Sequence record: OP352608
DNA: 64,000 nt
Strand: one strand, 5' to 3'
DNA from: Escherichia phage vB_EcoM_SP13
Below, one piece after another: positions 44,803-53,006 of this stretch. Within the stretch, counting starts at the first letter, position 1. Each line of letters begins with the position of its first letter. The position numbers and the translations under genes are program-made. The notes under the pieces were generated by a model. It was not told the DNA's origin. It made no database searches and saw only the letters and a list, made by a program, of their open reading frames with translations.

Positions 44803-47686
44803 CTGGATACACCTGTTTGATCACGTCAACGATGAACATGTCAATGCCTTCAAGCTTACGACCTTTCATCAGGAAGAATGCGCCGTTCCCGACGTTTTCA
44901 GCGATGTACTTCCCGTACTTCTGGAATTTCTCTGGACGAATCCTGAAGCGCATTGGCGAGTCGGTCGAGTCATCCTTGCACATAAGGTCGATGAACTGAG
45001 TCTCAAGCTTGTTCCCGTACTGGTCAAACTCTGCGTAGCGGCCATCAGCTTGAAGACCCTTTTTAAGCTTGCCGTGCTTTGTATAGATGCCGCGCTCAAG
45101 TCGTTTACGGATGCGTGTTGCTTCGTTCTCGTCCGCAAGCACTTTCTTTGTCAACTTGCCGATTACTATTGCGCGCTCGTCATCACCGACTTCCTTCATC
45201 TGGCGTATTGAAGCGCCGGACGTCACGCCAATCAGATAAGGGTCATTATATGCCCATCCGAACTTTGTGTGCATCTCTGTCAGGTCGCCATATTTAACTT
45301 CAGCATTGGCCAATGCATCCTTCTGCTTTTGCGTTAAGGTTCCGGCTTCACGCGCTTCGATATATTTCATCGCCTTCACCATGCCGTACCCTTTCGCGTT
45401 CATGATGCCGCCGATTAGCTTTCCGTTCGCGATGGTCCAGTTCATTGAAGAGTGATCAGGGTCGATTGGCACATAATCCACGCCTTCCTTCGCAAGTTCA
45501 CGTAATATCGCAATCGTCTGGTCTTCGTCCTTAGCAGCGCGTAAGCAGGCTGCGGCAAATTCCAACGGGTAGTGTCGCTTAAGCCACAAGGTCCAGTAGG
45601 TCACGACCGCGTATGACACGGAGTGTGACTTGTTAAAGCCCCATGACCCGAACGTGGCCATCGCTTGCCAAAGCTTTCTTGCATCCGCTTCCGGTACGCC
45701 ATTATTTATTGCGCCTGCAACAAAGTCCTCTCCAAGCTTGTTAAAGTATTCTTCACCCTTACGGCCTGACATTGCCTTACGTACAGCGGATGTTTTCGCC
45801 CAGTCGAATGAACCAATCTCTTTAACCACGGCCATGATTTGCTCTTGGTAAAGAAACACGCCGTAAGTCTCTTTTAGGTACGGCTCAATCTGCGGCACGT
45901 CGTACTCAATCGGCGCACGCCCTGCCGCGCGTTCAATGTATTTCTGGGCCATACCGGATGACAACGGGCCAGGTCGACCCAAAGCCGTCAGGTTGTCGAT
46001 TTTGTTAAAGTTATCGACGTGCACAAAGTTTGTTACTGAGCGTACAGCGTCGCCTTCAAACTGGAAGATGCCTGACATCTTGTTTTCGTTAAGAATGTCA
46101 AGGACGCTTTGATCATCAAGCTTGATGCCGTAGAGCGTTTCAGCATCAATAACGCCTGTATCAGAAATAATTCCGAGAGTACGAAGGCCCAACGCATCAA
46201 GCTTCAAAAGGTTAAGGTATTCGCTGTCAGGCTTATCAATTTGTGCAATCCCTTCTGCAGTTACAGTACAGTAATCAGAGATTGGGTCATTACACACAAT
46301 GATTCCCGCTGCGTGAACACCTGTGTGGGACGGGTGAATCTCAAGGTCGCCCATGCAACGCGCGGCATCAGGATATTTGGCCACGAACTCTTGACCCGTG
46401 GTTGTTGTTGCAAAGGTATCCTCCAGGCCGTGACCATAACGGGCGTCACCGGATGAGTATTCAAGCAGTGCGTTTTTAATGTTGGCCGTTTCGTGGTATC
46501 CAATGTTGAACTTCTTACCAACCTGCGCCATTACTGAGTTGGCCTTAAGCGTGTTGATGTTGCCAAGCTTTGCAACGTTCATTTCGCCGTATTTCTCTTT
46601 AAGGTAATCAAACACCATGTAGCGTTTGGTATCTTCAAAGTCGATGTCGATGTCAGGAAGGTCGGCGCGGCTTACGTCGATGAATCGGGCAAACAGCAGC
46701 TTATACGGGATTGGGTCCACTTCCGTGATGCCAAGGCAATAGCAAACAAGTGAACCAGCCGATGAGCCGCGAGCAGGACCGACGAGCATTTTTGTTTTTG
46801 CGAATCGTACAAGGTCCGCTACTACCAGAAAGTATGAGTCGAAATCTTTCAGCTGAATCTGGTGAATTTCTTCGTTGAAGCGGTCCTCATATTCCTGAGT
46901 CCATTCTTTGATGTGACCTGCTTTGAGACGGTACTCCATCCCCTCACGCGCAAGCTTTACCATATCACCAGCAAGGTGAATAATCGGTGCCTTGCGTAAT
47001 TTCAGGTCAAGTCCGACTATGCCGTTTGCTATGTCAACAGCATTGGCCGTTGCCTGATTCAGCTCATCTTCCGTCAAGATGCCTTTAAGCTGTTTGCGCA
47101 AGTCTTCCGCGTCAACGATGCAGTGCGGCTTGACCGTGTCGCGCACTTCCCAAGCATAAGCAAAGTCAACGTGCTCAGGTGAAGGCATGTGGTTGTATCC
47201 GGTTAAAACCAGCGGCCTTCCGTTGCTGCGGTGAGCCAACACCTGGCGCTTAGCCAAAAGGAACGATGATGGGTTGACGTCTATATAATCGTAGTCCTCT
47301 GGCCGCAGCAACTCCACGGCACCGCCACAGAATTTAACGACGCCATCGAGCGCACCGAACTCTGCACGGGTAAGCCCGCCGCGCTGCGTTGAAAGTGTTG
47401 TAGCGTTGTAAAAAGATTTTAAGTCAAGGGCCAATATCCAAGCCTTCGGTTTGAATCCCTTTTTCGGGTCCGCATCAGGGTCGATGATTGGAATCTCCAT
47501 CCCAAACATAGGCTTAATATCATTTTTCTGGCATTCCTTTTCCCAGCGAACGTGACCCCATGTATTGTTATCAACTAATGCCGCGACTTCGCAGCCCAAC
47601 TCTTTGAGCCGTGCTATAATTTCAGGATGCCGTCCATAAACTTCTTTGAACGTGTAACCGCTGCGAACTCTCAATTGTGGAAACAT
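44789..47686 (-). CDS. DNA polymerase III alpha-like (DnaE/C-family) replicative polymerase
   Basis: 965 aa; catalytic ADLPDIDIDFE segment matching the DnaE PDxDxDF active site; N-terminal PHP-like domain with degenerate histidines (QLRVRSGYTF). Confidence 0.85.
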   Translation of the reverse strand: MFPQLRVRSGYTFKEVYGRHPEIIARLKELGCEVAALVDNNTWGHVRWEKECQKNDIKPMFGMEIPIIDPDADPKKGFKPKAWILALDLKSFYNATTLSTQRGGLTRAEFGALDGVVKFCGGAVELLRPEDYDYIDVNPSSFLLAKRQVLAHRSNGRPLVLTGYNHMPSPEHVDFAYAWEVRDTVKPHCIVDAEDLRKQLKGILTEDELNQATANAVDIANGIVGLDLKLRKAPIIHLAGDMVKLAREGMEYRLKAGHIKEWTQEYEDRFNEEIHQIQLKDFDSYFLVVADLVRFAKTKMLVGPARGSSAGSLVCYCLGITEVDPIPYKLLFARFIDVSRADLPDIDIDFEDTKRYMVFDYLKEKYGEMNVAKLGNINTLKANSVMAQVGKKFNIGYHETANIKNALLEYSSGDARYGHGLEDTFATTTTGQEFVAKYPDAARCMGDLEIHPSHTGVHAAGIIVCNDPISDYCTVTAEGIAQIDKPDSEYLNLLKLDALGLRTLGIISDTGVIDAETLYGIKLDDQSVLDILNENKMSGIFQFEGDAVRSVTNFVHVDNFNKIDNLTALGRPGPLSSGMAQKYIERAAGRAPIEYDVPQIEPYLKETYGVFLYQEQIMAVVKEIGSFDWAKTSAVRKAMSGRKGEEYFNKLGEDFVAGAINNGVPEADARKLWQAMATFGSWGFNKSHSVSYAVVTYWTLWLKRHYPLEFAAACLRAAKDEDQTIAILRELAKEGVDYVPIDPDHSSMNWTIANGKLIGGIMNAKGYGMVKAMKYIEAREAGTLTQKQKDALANAEVKYGDLTEMHTKFGWAYNDPYLIGVTSGASIRQMKEVGDDERAIVIGKLTKKVLADENEATRIRKRLERGIYTKHGKLKKGLQADGRYAEFDQYGNKLETQFIDLMCKDDSTDSPMRFRIRPEKFQKYGKYIAENVGNGAFFLMKGRKLEGIDMFIVDVIKQVYPDGNK

Positions 47687-48228
47687 TATTTACTCCAGAT
47701 GTCATATACGCCAATTTGTTGGCAGACTTTGTGCAGTAATATTACGTCGTCTAATGCACGGTGCTTCTGTTCATATTTTCCGAAATATAATTCATACAAC
47801 TCTTGAAGCTTAACTCTTCGGCCAAAAATAGGCAAGGTTTGCTCAACTGTACATATGTTTATTTCTGGAAAATTAACATCATCAAGCGTAAGTCCTTCGC
47901 GCTGTAGTGCATAATCAAGAATGTTTTTATCGAACGCATGGTTGTGCGCGATAGTTGCATCAGTCTTCTTGAAGATTTCTTTTAGCTGCGGGACGAAATT
48001 GATGAACGGTGGATTGCACTCAAGGTCTTCATTTGTTAATCCGGTAATCTTTGTGATGATTTCTTCGATCACAATTTCAGGATTAATTATGAATTCAAAA
48101 GTTTCAAGAATCTCTTTGCCGTCTGTCAACAGACCTGCAAATTCAATAGGGCGCGGCTGCATCCCAAGCGGCGCTTTCGGGTGCACTGTCAATCCGGTTG
48201 TTTCGAAGTCATAAGGGAGAAATAACAC
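47686..48228 (-). CDS. DnaQ-like 3'-5' proofreading exonuclease (DEDD family)
   Basis: Exo I YDFETTG, Exo II HNHAFD, Exo III HRALDD; AGGAGG RBS. Confidence 0.85.
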   Translation of the reverse strand: MLFLPYDFETTGLTVHPKAPLGMQPRPIEFAGLLTDGKEILETFEFIINPEIVIEEIITKITGLTNEDLECNPPFINFVPQLKEIFKKTDATIAHNHAFDKNILDYALQREGLTLDDVNFPEINICTVEQTLPIFGRRVKLQELYELYFGKYEQKHRALDDVILLHKVCQQIGVYDIWSK

Positions 48229-48240
48229 ATTAGCCTCCTA

Positions 48241-48268
48241 CAAAAAGGCCGCCCATTAGGACGGCCAC
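48241..48268 (-). terminator. rho-independent terminator closing the flavoenzyme operon
   Basis: GGCCGCCC-atta-GGACGGCC hairpin (one mismatch); TTTTTG on the minus strand after it. Confidence 0.65.
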
Positions 48269-48282
48269 AGATTCACGATTCG

Positions 48283-48834
48283 TTATACAGTGTACGGAGT
48301 ACCGTCTTGATTCAAGCGCACGATAAACTTCAAATCAACGCCGATGATTTCACGCGTATCAAAGATCACATAGTTGTAACGACGTTGACCAGCAATGTTC
48401 GGGTTGGTATGAGAGTCAGTTACAACTTCCTGTGCAACCTGAATACCTTCTTCTTTAAAGAACTTACGCCATTCAGCAAGTTCAGCGGCAGTCACGTGCA
48501 TGCCAAGGTGGCTGACCTGATTGTCATGCGCATCGATATATTCGATGTTTTCGTTAATCCAGTTGCAGCCCATTGTGTAGTCAAGGATTTCAAGCTCAAG
48601 AGGCTTACCAGCGCCGCCATCAGTACCGTTGCCAGCCTGATAGTTGAAGCGCAAGTCAGCTTCATTGGTGCAATCGTCGCGACGACCTTTAAAGTCATCA
48701 GCTTCAAATACGCGACCAGTAGCAACAACATGATCATGGAACCATTCTGTCAGGCCGATTTTAGCCAAGAAATCCTGTGCGCGCTGAGCATCTGGAATTG
48801 ACAGGGCGATTTGTTCAATTTTAAAATGTGGCAT
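48283..48834 (-). CDS. VOC-family (glyoxalase/dioxygenase-like) protein candidate
   Basis: Two beta-alpha-beta-type modules starting IEQIALSIPDAQRAQDFLAKIGL and VSHLGMHVTAAELAEWRKFFKEEG resemble VOC repeats; tentative. Confidence 0.35.
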   Translation of the reverse strand: MPHFKIEQIALSIPDAQRAQDFLAKIGLTEWFHDHVVATGRVFEADDFKGRRDDCTNEADLRFNYQAGNGTDGGAGKPLELEILDYTMGCNWINENIEYIDAHDNQVSHLGMHVTAAELAEWRKFFKEEGIQVAQEVVTDSHTNPNIAGQRRYNYVIFDTREIIGVDLKFIVRLNQDGTPYTV

Positions 48835-48930
48835 TTTGTTTCCTTAATTAAATATTATTGATTAATTACTGCGTTGTCTTCGTCCTGTTTCTTTTCAGGA
48901 GCGGGTGTGACAACTTCAAGTGTTCGTGAT

Positions 48931-49614
48931 TTATTTACCAAATGGAATATCAGTGCCAGACATAAAGCGCCATGCGCCCGTAATTAAGATATGGCGAATG
49001 AAGTCAGCAATTACTTGCGGCTCAGTCTCCAATCCATTCATCAGTGCCTTTTTCTGGTATTCAGCGGCGTATTCAGGAGTCCAGCCGCGAGTCGCGCAAA
49101 CGGCATCTTCAATCTGTTTAGACATGCCAGTGCCGCGCAACTTGTTAGGACTAATAGAGAATACCGTGATGCCGTACTTAGGCGTAAGTTCGTGAGCCAT
49201 CTGCTTGCTGATCATAAGCGCAGCGGCCTTGGATGCATTATAACACAAGCTGGACGTCATAGGAATATGCGCAGCATTTGAAACGATGTTGATCACAAAA
49301 CCTTTGTTTTCGATAAGACCTTTCAGCGCGGCCTGAGTCGTGTTAACGAAAGAGAATGCATTGGTGTGCATAACGCGGTTAAACTCTTCATAGTTTACAT
49401 CTTCAAACCAATTGTTAGAGTTGACACCAGCACAGTTGATCAAGCCTTCAACATCATATGGGCTTAAAATTTCTTTCATCTGTTTAGCATCGCGGACGTC
49501 ATATCCGTATGCTGAATCGATGCCAAGCACGTTATGACCGTAAGCGCCAAGGGTGTCAAAAATAGATTTACCAAGACCGGAATTGGAACCTGTTACAACA
49601 ATTACTTTTTTCAT
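48931..49614 (-). CDS. short-chain dehydrogenase/reductase (classical SDR)
   Basis: Cofactor motif VTGSNSGLGKS (TGxxxGxG), NAAH, catalytic YNASK (YxxxK). Confidence 0.8.
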   Translation of the reverse strand: MKKVIVVTGSNSGLGKSIFDTLGAYGHNVLGIDSAYGYDVRDAKQMKEILSPYDVEGLINCAGVNSNNWFEDVNYEEFNRVMHTNAFSFVNTTQAALKGLIENKGFVINIVSNAAHIPMTSSLCYNASKAAALMISKQMAHELTPKYGITVFSISPNKLRGTGMSKQIEDAVCATRGWTPEYAAEYQKKALMNGLETEPQVIADFIRHILITGAWRFMSGTDIPFGK

Positions 49615-49635
49615 TTATTTATCCTTTTTGGACTT

Positions 49636-49669
49636 CGTTTCGATGAGGTAAATATAACTCATCGAAACG
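49636..49669 (-). promoter_or_regulatory. perfect 12-bp palindrome CGTTTCGATGAG-10 nt-CTCATCGAAACG, copy 2 of the conserved element
   Basis: Read directly; lies between the HAD and SDR genes. Confidence 0.45.
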
Positions 49670-49679
49670 AACAAGTAAA

Positions 49680-50552
49680 CTATTTATTGAAATTAATATT
49701 ATGGGTGTTTACAAGACGTTCACACATGGCGCTATAAACACCATCGTCGTGTATTGAGTCTTCGTGCTTCAGGCCGCTGATTGCGAAGCGTGTAAGCTTG
49801 ACAATCTTAAGCTCGAACAGATGCCACATGTGGTAGTCTTCCGGCGTTTTCAACGTTACGCCATTAGGGAAAAGCACCTGCATAACCTGACCTACCATCA
49901 CAGCGTTATCGCCATAGACAGCGTTGCGCTCACGGAAGGTCGCTGCCATTGCATCAAGAATATCGGCGGCAGTTGCCGGAGATTGTTCAACTTCCACAGC
50001 CTTAGTCTCTTCTTGCCCTGTTGCGCTTGGATCAATTGCTAATTGTTGCACCACTTCACCTGCTTTGCAAAGATTAAATGTAAAAGCGATTTTATTTTGA
50101 GCAACGGAGTTATAATACAATGCTTCATCTTGCATCCGCGCGAGTACGTCTTGTCGGTCGTCGAATACATTGATGATTCGATAATCGCCGTGCCGCAAAG
50201 CGTGCGATAGCCATGCAGATTTCATAATAGTTGATGGACGTTTGTCGCCATAGTCTCTCATCTTGATTGTAAATTCATCAAAAGGGAAAACATTGTCCAG
50301 ACGTTCAAAAGTCACTTGTCTGTATTTTTCTGGCCTTGCAGTCCAATATTCAACCGCCTCACCGCGAAGAGATGCCGACTCTACTGCTGATGCAATGTGA
50401 GGATAGAACTGATCATAACCAATACCGCTGTGATAGTCATCATAGTCTGACAACGGACCTGCCACCTTGATGCGGTCTAAGCGCCAACGGTCATCAAACA
50501 GAGTTCCGTCAAGGTCGAATACGTTTAAGATTTGGTTATTTTTGATACTCAT
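49680..50552 (-). CDS. HAD-superfamily phosphatase
   Basis: Motif I FDLDGTLFDD (DxDGT) and a downstream VFDDRQD (DD) motif; no kinase P-loop. Confidence 0.55.
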   Translation of the reverse strand: MSIKNNQILNVFDLDGTLFDDRWRLDRIKVAGPLSDYDDYHSGIGYDQFYPHIASAVESASLRGEAVEYWTARPEKYRQVTFERLDNVFPFDEFTIKMRDYGDKRPSTIMKSAWLSHALRHGDYRIINVFDDRQDVLARMQDEALYYNSVAQNKIAFTFNLCKAGEVVQQLAIDPSATGQEETKAVEVEQSPATAADILDAMAATFRERNAVYGDNAVMVGQVMQVLFPNGVTLKTPEDYHMWHLFELKIVKLTRFAISGLKHEDSIHDDGVYSAMCERLVNTHNINFNK

Positions 50553-51352
50553 CCTTTTGATACTCCATCTTTGGCAACCGGATTATTGGTGATTGGCATC
50601 GCATCCCAAAACTGGATGCGCAACTCTTCTTGCTGTGCAGTGGTATCCATCCAATCACGATACCAAGGGCAATGGGCCTTGCCATGGCGAGGGAATGCGC
50701 ACTTGCCCATACCGATGCATTGCGGCTGTAGTAAAGGATTAGCCCACGGGTGCACCTTGAGGACTTCCGCTACCATCGCACGGAAAACTTCCTGATACTC
50801 GCCTTGAGTACGCGTGCACAAGCGGTTAGAGGCCATTTGTTGTAGAGTGCGCAAGTTGAACTTTGCCATGATATGCGTTTGCATATTAGAAGGCAACACG
50901 GCACGTGCATCTTGAATCTCTGCGCCAGCCGCGCGAAGTTCTTGGTATAGGGCGTCAATGGTTGCCATTGCATCATCCCATTTCTCTGCCAGTTCAGCAG
51001 CCTTCTCGTCATGACGAGTCCATCCCTTTGGATCATCCTCTGGGTAAGTGAATTTGGCAGGACGAATCGCATCAAACGCTGACGACTCCTGAGCGCGGCT
51101 TGTTCGTTCTTGATATGCACCTGTTCGTGTGCGCACCATCTGATGAGTCATATTCTTTGATACATCAGTGATGTCAAAGATATAGTCAACAAAGTCGAAA
51201 GGTGACTTTATGGTGTCAAGCATGTAGCGCCAGTGCTCTTGCTTCTCTGATTCTGTCATCTCAGAGACTGGCTTACCAGCCATGCGCGTATTCTTTGTTT
51301 CCAGCAGAAGGTCAAGTGCATCTTGGGTGTATCGAATTAATTCAACTTTCAT
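50549..51352 (-). CDS. ThyX-family flavin-dependent thymidylate-synthase-like protein with divergent signature motif
   Basis: SPFDFVDYIF ... RTRTGAYQERTSR aligns by eye to the ThyX HETPFEH ... RHR-x7-S region but with His->Thr and Ser->Thr; downstream QDARAVLPSN ... NLRTL retains ThyX-like segments; Cys/His-rich C-terminal extension. Confidence 0.7.
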   Translation of the reverse strand: MKVELIRYTQDALDLLLETKNTRMAGKPVSEMTESEKQEHWRYMLDTIKSPFDFVDYIFDITDVSKNMTHQMVRTRTGAYQERTSRAQESSAFDAIRPAKFTYPEDDPKGWTRHDEKAAELAEKWDDAMATIDALYQELRAAGAEIQDARAVLPSNMQTHIMAKFNLRTLQQMASNRLCTRTQGEYQEVFRAMVAEVLKVHPWANPLLQPQCIGMGKCAFPRHGKAHCPWYRDWMDTTAQQEELRIQFWDAMPITNNPVAKDGVSKG

Positions 51353-51365
51353 TTTAATTATCCTA

Positions 51366-51812
51366 TTAACGGTAGTTAACTAGTTGCTGATCACCAGAGA
51401 AGGTGCAATGATAAACGAATTGTGCGTTATAAAGCAACTGAAAACTTTTCTTTGGTTCATTATTAGAACTCATTGATGTAAAGATTTCTGCACCAGAACG
51501 GTTTTCACCAATCAGGTTGATAAAGCCGCCAGTTGAACGAGGCTGAACGAAAGTGAAACGTTGCATCCACGGAGTGCGGTTGGCACCTTTCCCTGTGAAT
51601 CCTTGAATCTGAATATTCAGGCCTTCTTGCTCGTTCACACCGATGTAAGTGGTAATTGTTGCGCCAGTCGTTGCTGCAGTCTTGCCGTCCATCGCTTCGC
51701 AATCGTAAACAGCGATTGAATCGGAAGTACGGACAGCGGCTTCAGTCGCTTCCATATACATGGTTCCGAGAATAGCAGTTGCGGCAAGCGCGATTCCAGT
51801 GATTCGTTTCAT
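51366..51812 (-). CDS. exported protein of unknown function (signal peptide)
   Basis: MKRITGIALAATAILGTMYMEATEA signal-peptide-like N-terminus. Confidence 0.55.
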   Translation of the reverse strand: MKRITGIALAATAILGTMYMEATEAAVRTSDSIAVYDCEAMDGKTAATTGATITTYIGVNEQEGLNIQIQGFTGKGANRTPWMQRFTFVQPRSTGGFINLIGENRSGAEIFTSMSSNNEPKKSFQLLYNAQFVYHCTFSGDQQLVNYR

Positions 51813-51832
51813 TTTCGTTTCCTCTATGAGTT

Positions 51833-51869
51833 CTGCTTCAATGATTAAAGTATACGCCCATTGAAGCAG
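51833..51869 (-). promoter_or_regulatory. intercistronic stem-loop (10-bp perfect stem, 17-nt loop)
   Basis: CTGCTTCAAT ... ATTGAAGCAG; no T-tract, so more likely a processing or stability element than a terminator. Confidence 0.3.
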
Positions 51870-51877
51870 AAAGCAAA

Positions 51878-52873
51878 TTATTTATTAGCAATATAAGCAA
51901 ATTTTTGATAGTTATTTGCTTTGATGAGTTTTTCAACTTCAACAAGGTCATGAGCAACGTCATCAAGCAAAATGTTTCGCCAAGTAGCAAAGCGACCGAC
52001 ACTAAATACGTTCAAATCCATGGTCAGCTGTAGGAGTAGAGCGTGTCGCAAGTCTTTCGGAATGTCGACAATCTTGCCATACTTCTGGTCGACCTTTTCA
52101 ACTTCTTCGAGATCGATGTCACTCCATGATAGGCCAAAGGCTGTCAATACTTCGTCAACTTCTGCACGCAACTTAATGTCACGGTAACGAGTAATGCCGC
52201 CAGCGGCTTCAACTGCGGCTTCACTTACGCTAACCAAAGGAATTGTTTCAATGATCAGTGTGTCACCAGTGATTGATGCGCGGTAAGTTCTGACGGAGTA
52301 GTCAGGAAAGTAAATGGTTTGATACAGTGCACACTTGCGCTTAATCTTAAAGCGGTAAACACGAATGTTTGCCTTATCGAATGAGAAATCAATCTTTTGA
52401 TCAATCCCAGCAAGCTTCATCATGACTGGCAGCGGCGACGTGTTGATGATTGGCGTCTCGCTATAGCCGCAAAGAGTATCAACAGGAGTATTAAAGAATA
52501 TGCGGTCACCCAGTTTGTCGACAAGCTGATCATAAAAGTCATCAGGCGCAATATAACGCGTTGCAGTTTTAAGCTTCATGATTGAGCGGCTACCGAATTG
52601 ATTAGTGACCTTCATGGAATACATATTGGCAAGGTTGATTGGGCAATGGTCGTGGTAGTAGTTGCCGCGAAAATACACAGCCTTGTCAACTGTCACGGCC
52701 TTAAAAGGGATTCCGGTAATACGGCTTACTTCTTCGCCGCGAAATCGTAGCAAAGCCTTGTGCTGTGGCGCTCGTTCCCCTGCTTCGTACACAATGGAGT
52801 TCGGGAAGTGACACGCGGTAATAAGTCCTGCCAAACCGCCGCCGATAATCATTACAGGTTGTTTCATGTTCAT
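51878..52873 (-). CDS. FAD/NAD(P)-binding oxidoreductase (UDP-galactopyranose-mutase-like flavoenzyme candidate)
   Basis: N-terminal dinucleotide-binding VMIIGGGLAGL; C-terminal FSVGRFATWRNILLDDVAHD resembles the G-R-x-A-x-Y ... D segment of the UGM/amine-oxidase superfamily; subfamily tentative. Confidence 0.55.
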   Translation of the reverse strand: MNMKQPVMIIGGGLAGLITACHFPNSIVYEAGERAPQHKALLRFRGEEVSRITGIPFKAVTVDKAVYFRGNYYHDHCPINLANMYSMKVTNQFGSRSIMKLKTATRYIAPDDFYDQLVDKLGDRIFFNTPVDTLCGYSETPIINTSPLPVMMKLAGIDQKIDFSFDKANIRVYRFKIKRKCALYQTIYFPDYSVRTYRASITGDTLIIETIPLVSVSEAAVEAAGGITRYRDIKLRAEVDEVLTAFGLSWSDIDLEEVEKVDQKYGKIVDIPKDLRHALLLQLTMDLNVFSVGRFATWRNILLDDVAHDLVEVEKLIKANNYQKFAYIANK

Positions 52874-52897
52874 TTGTCCTTTGTGGGTGATATGAGA

Positions 52898-52926
52898 AGT
52901 ATAATAGCTAAATTATTTTACAGCAA
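52898..52926 (-). promoter_or_regulatory. sigma70-like promoter for the flavoenzyme operon
   Basis: On the minus strand: -35 TTGCTG, 17-nt spacer, -10 TATACT, about 25 nt before the ATG at 52873. Confidence 0.5.
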
Positions 52927-52950
52927 CAAGTCATTTCTATTTAGTACAGA

Positions 52951-52978
52951 CGAAAAAGACCCACAACAAGTGTGGGTC
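52951..52978 (-). terminator. rho-independent terminator after the Lys/Ala/Glu-rich gene
   Basis: GACCCACA-acaag-TGTGGGTC perfect hairpin followed on the minus strand by TTTTTCG. Confidence 0.75.
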
Positions 52979-53006
52979 AATTACCGCTATATAACCGTCC
53001 TACAGG

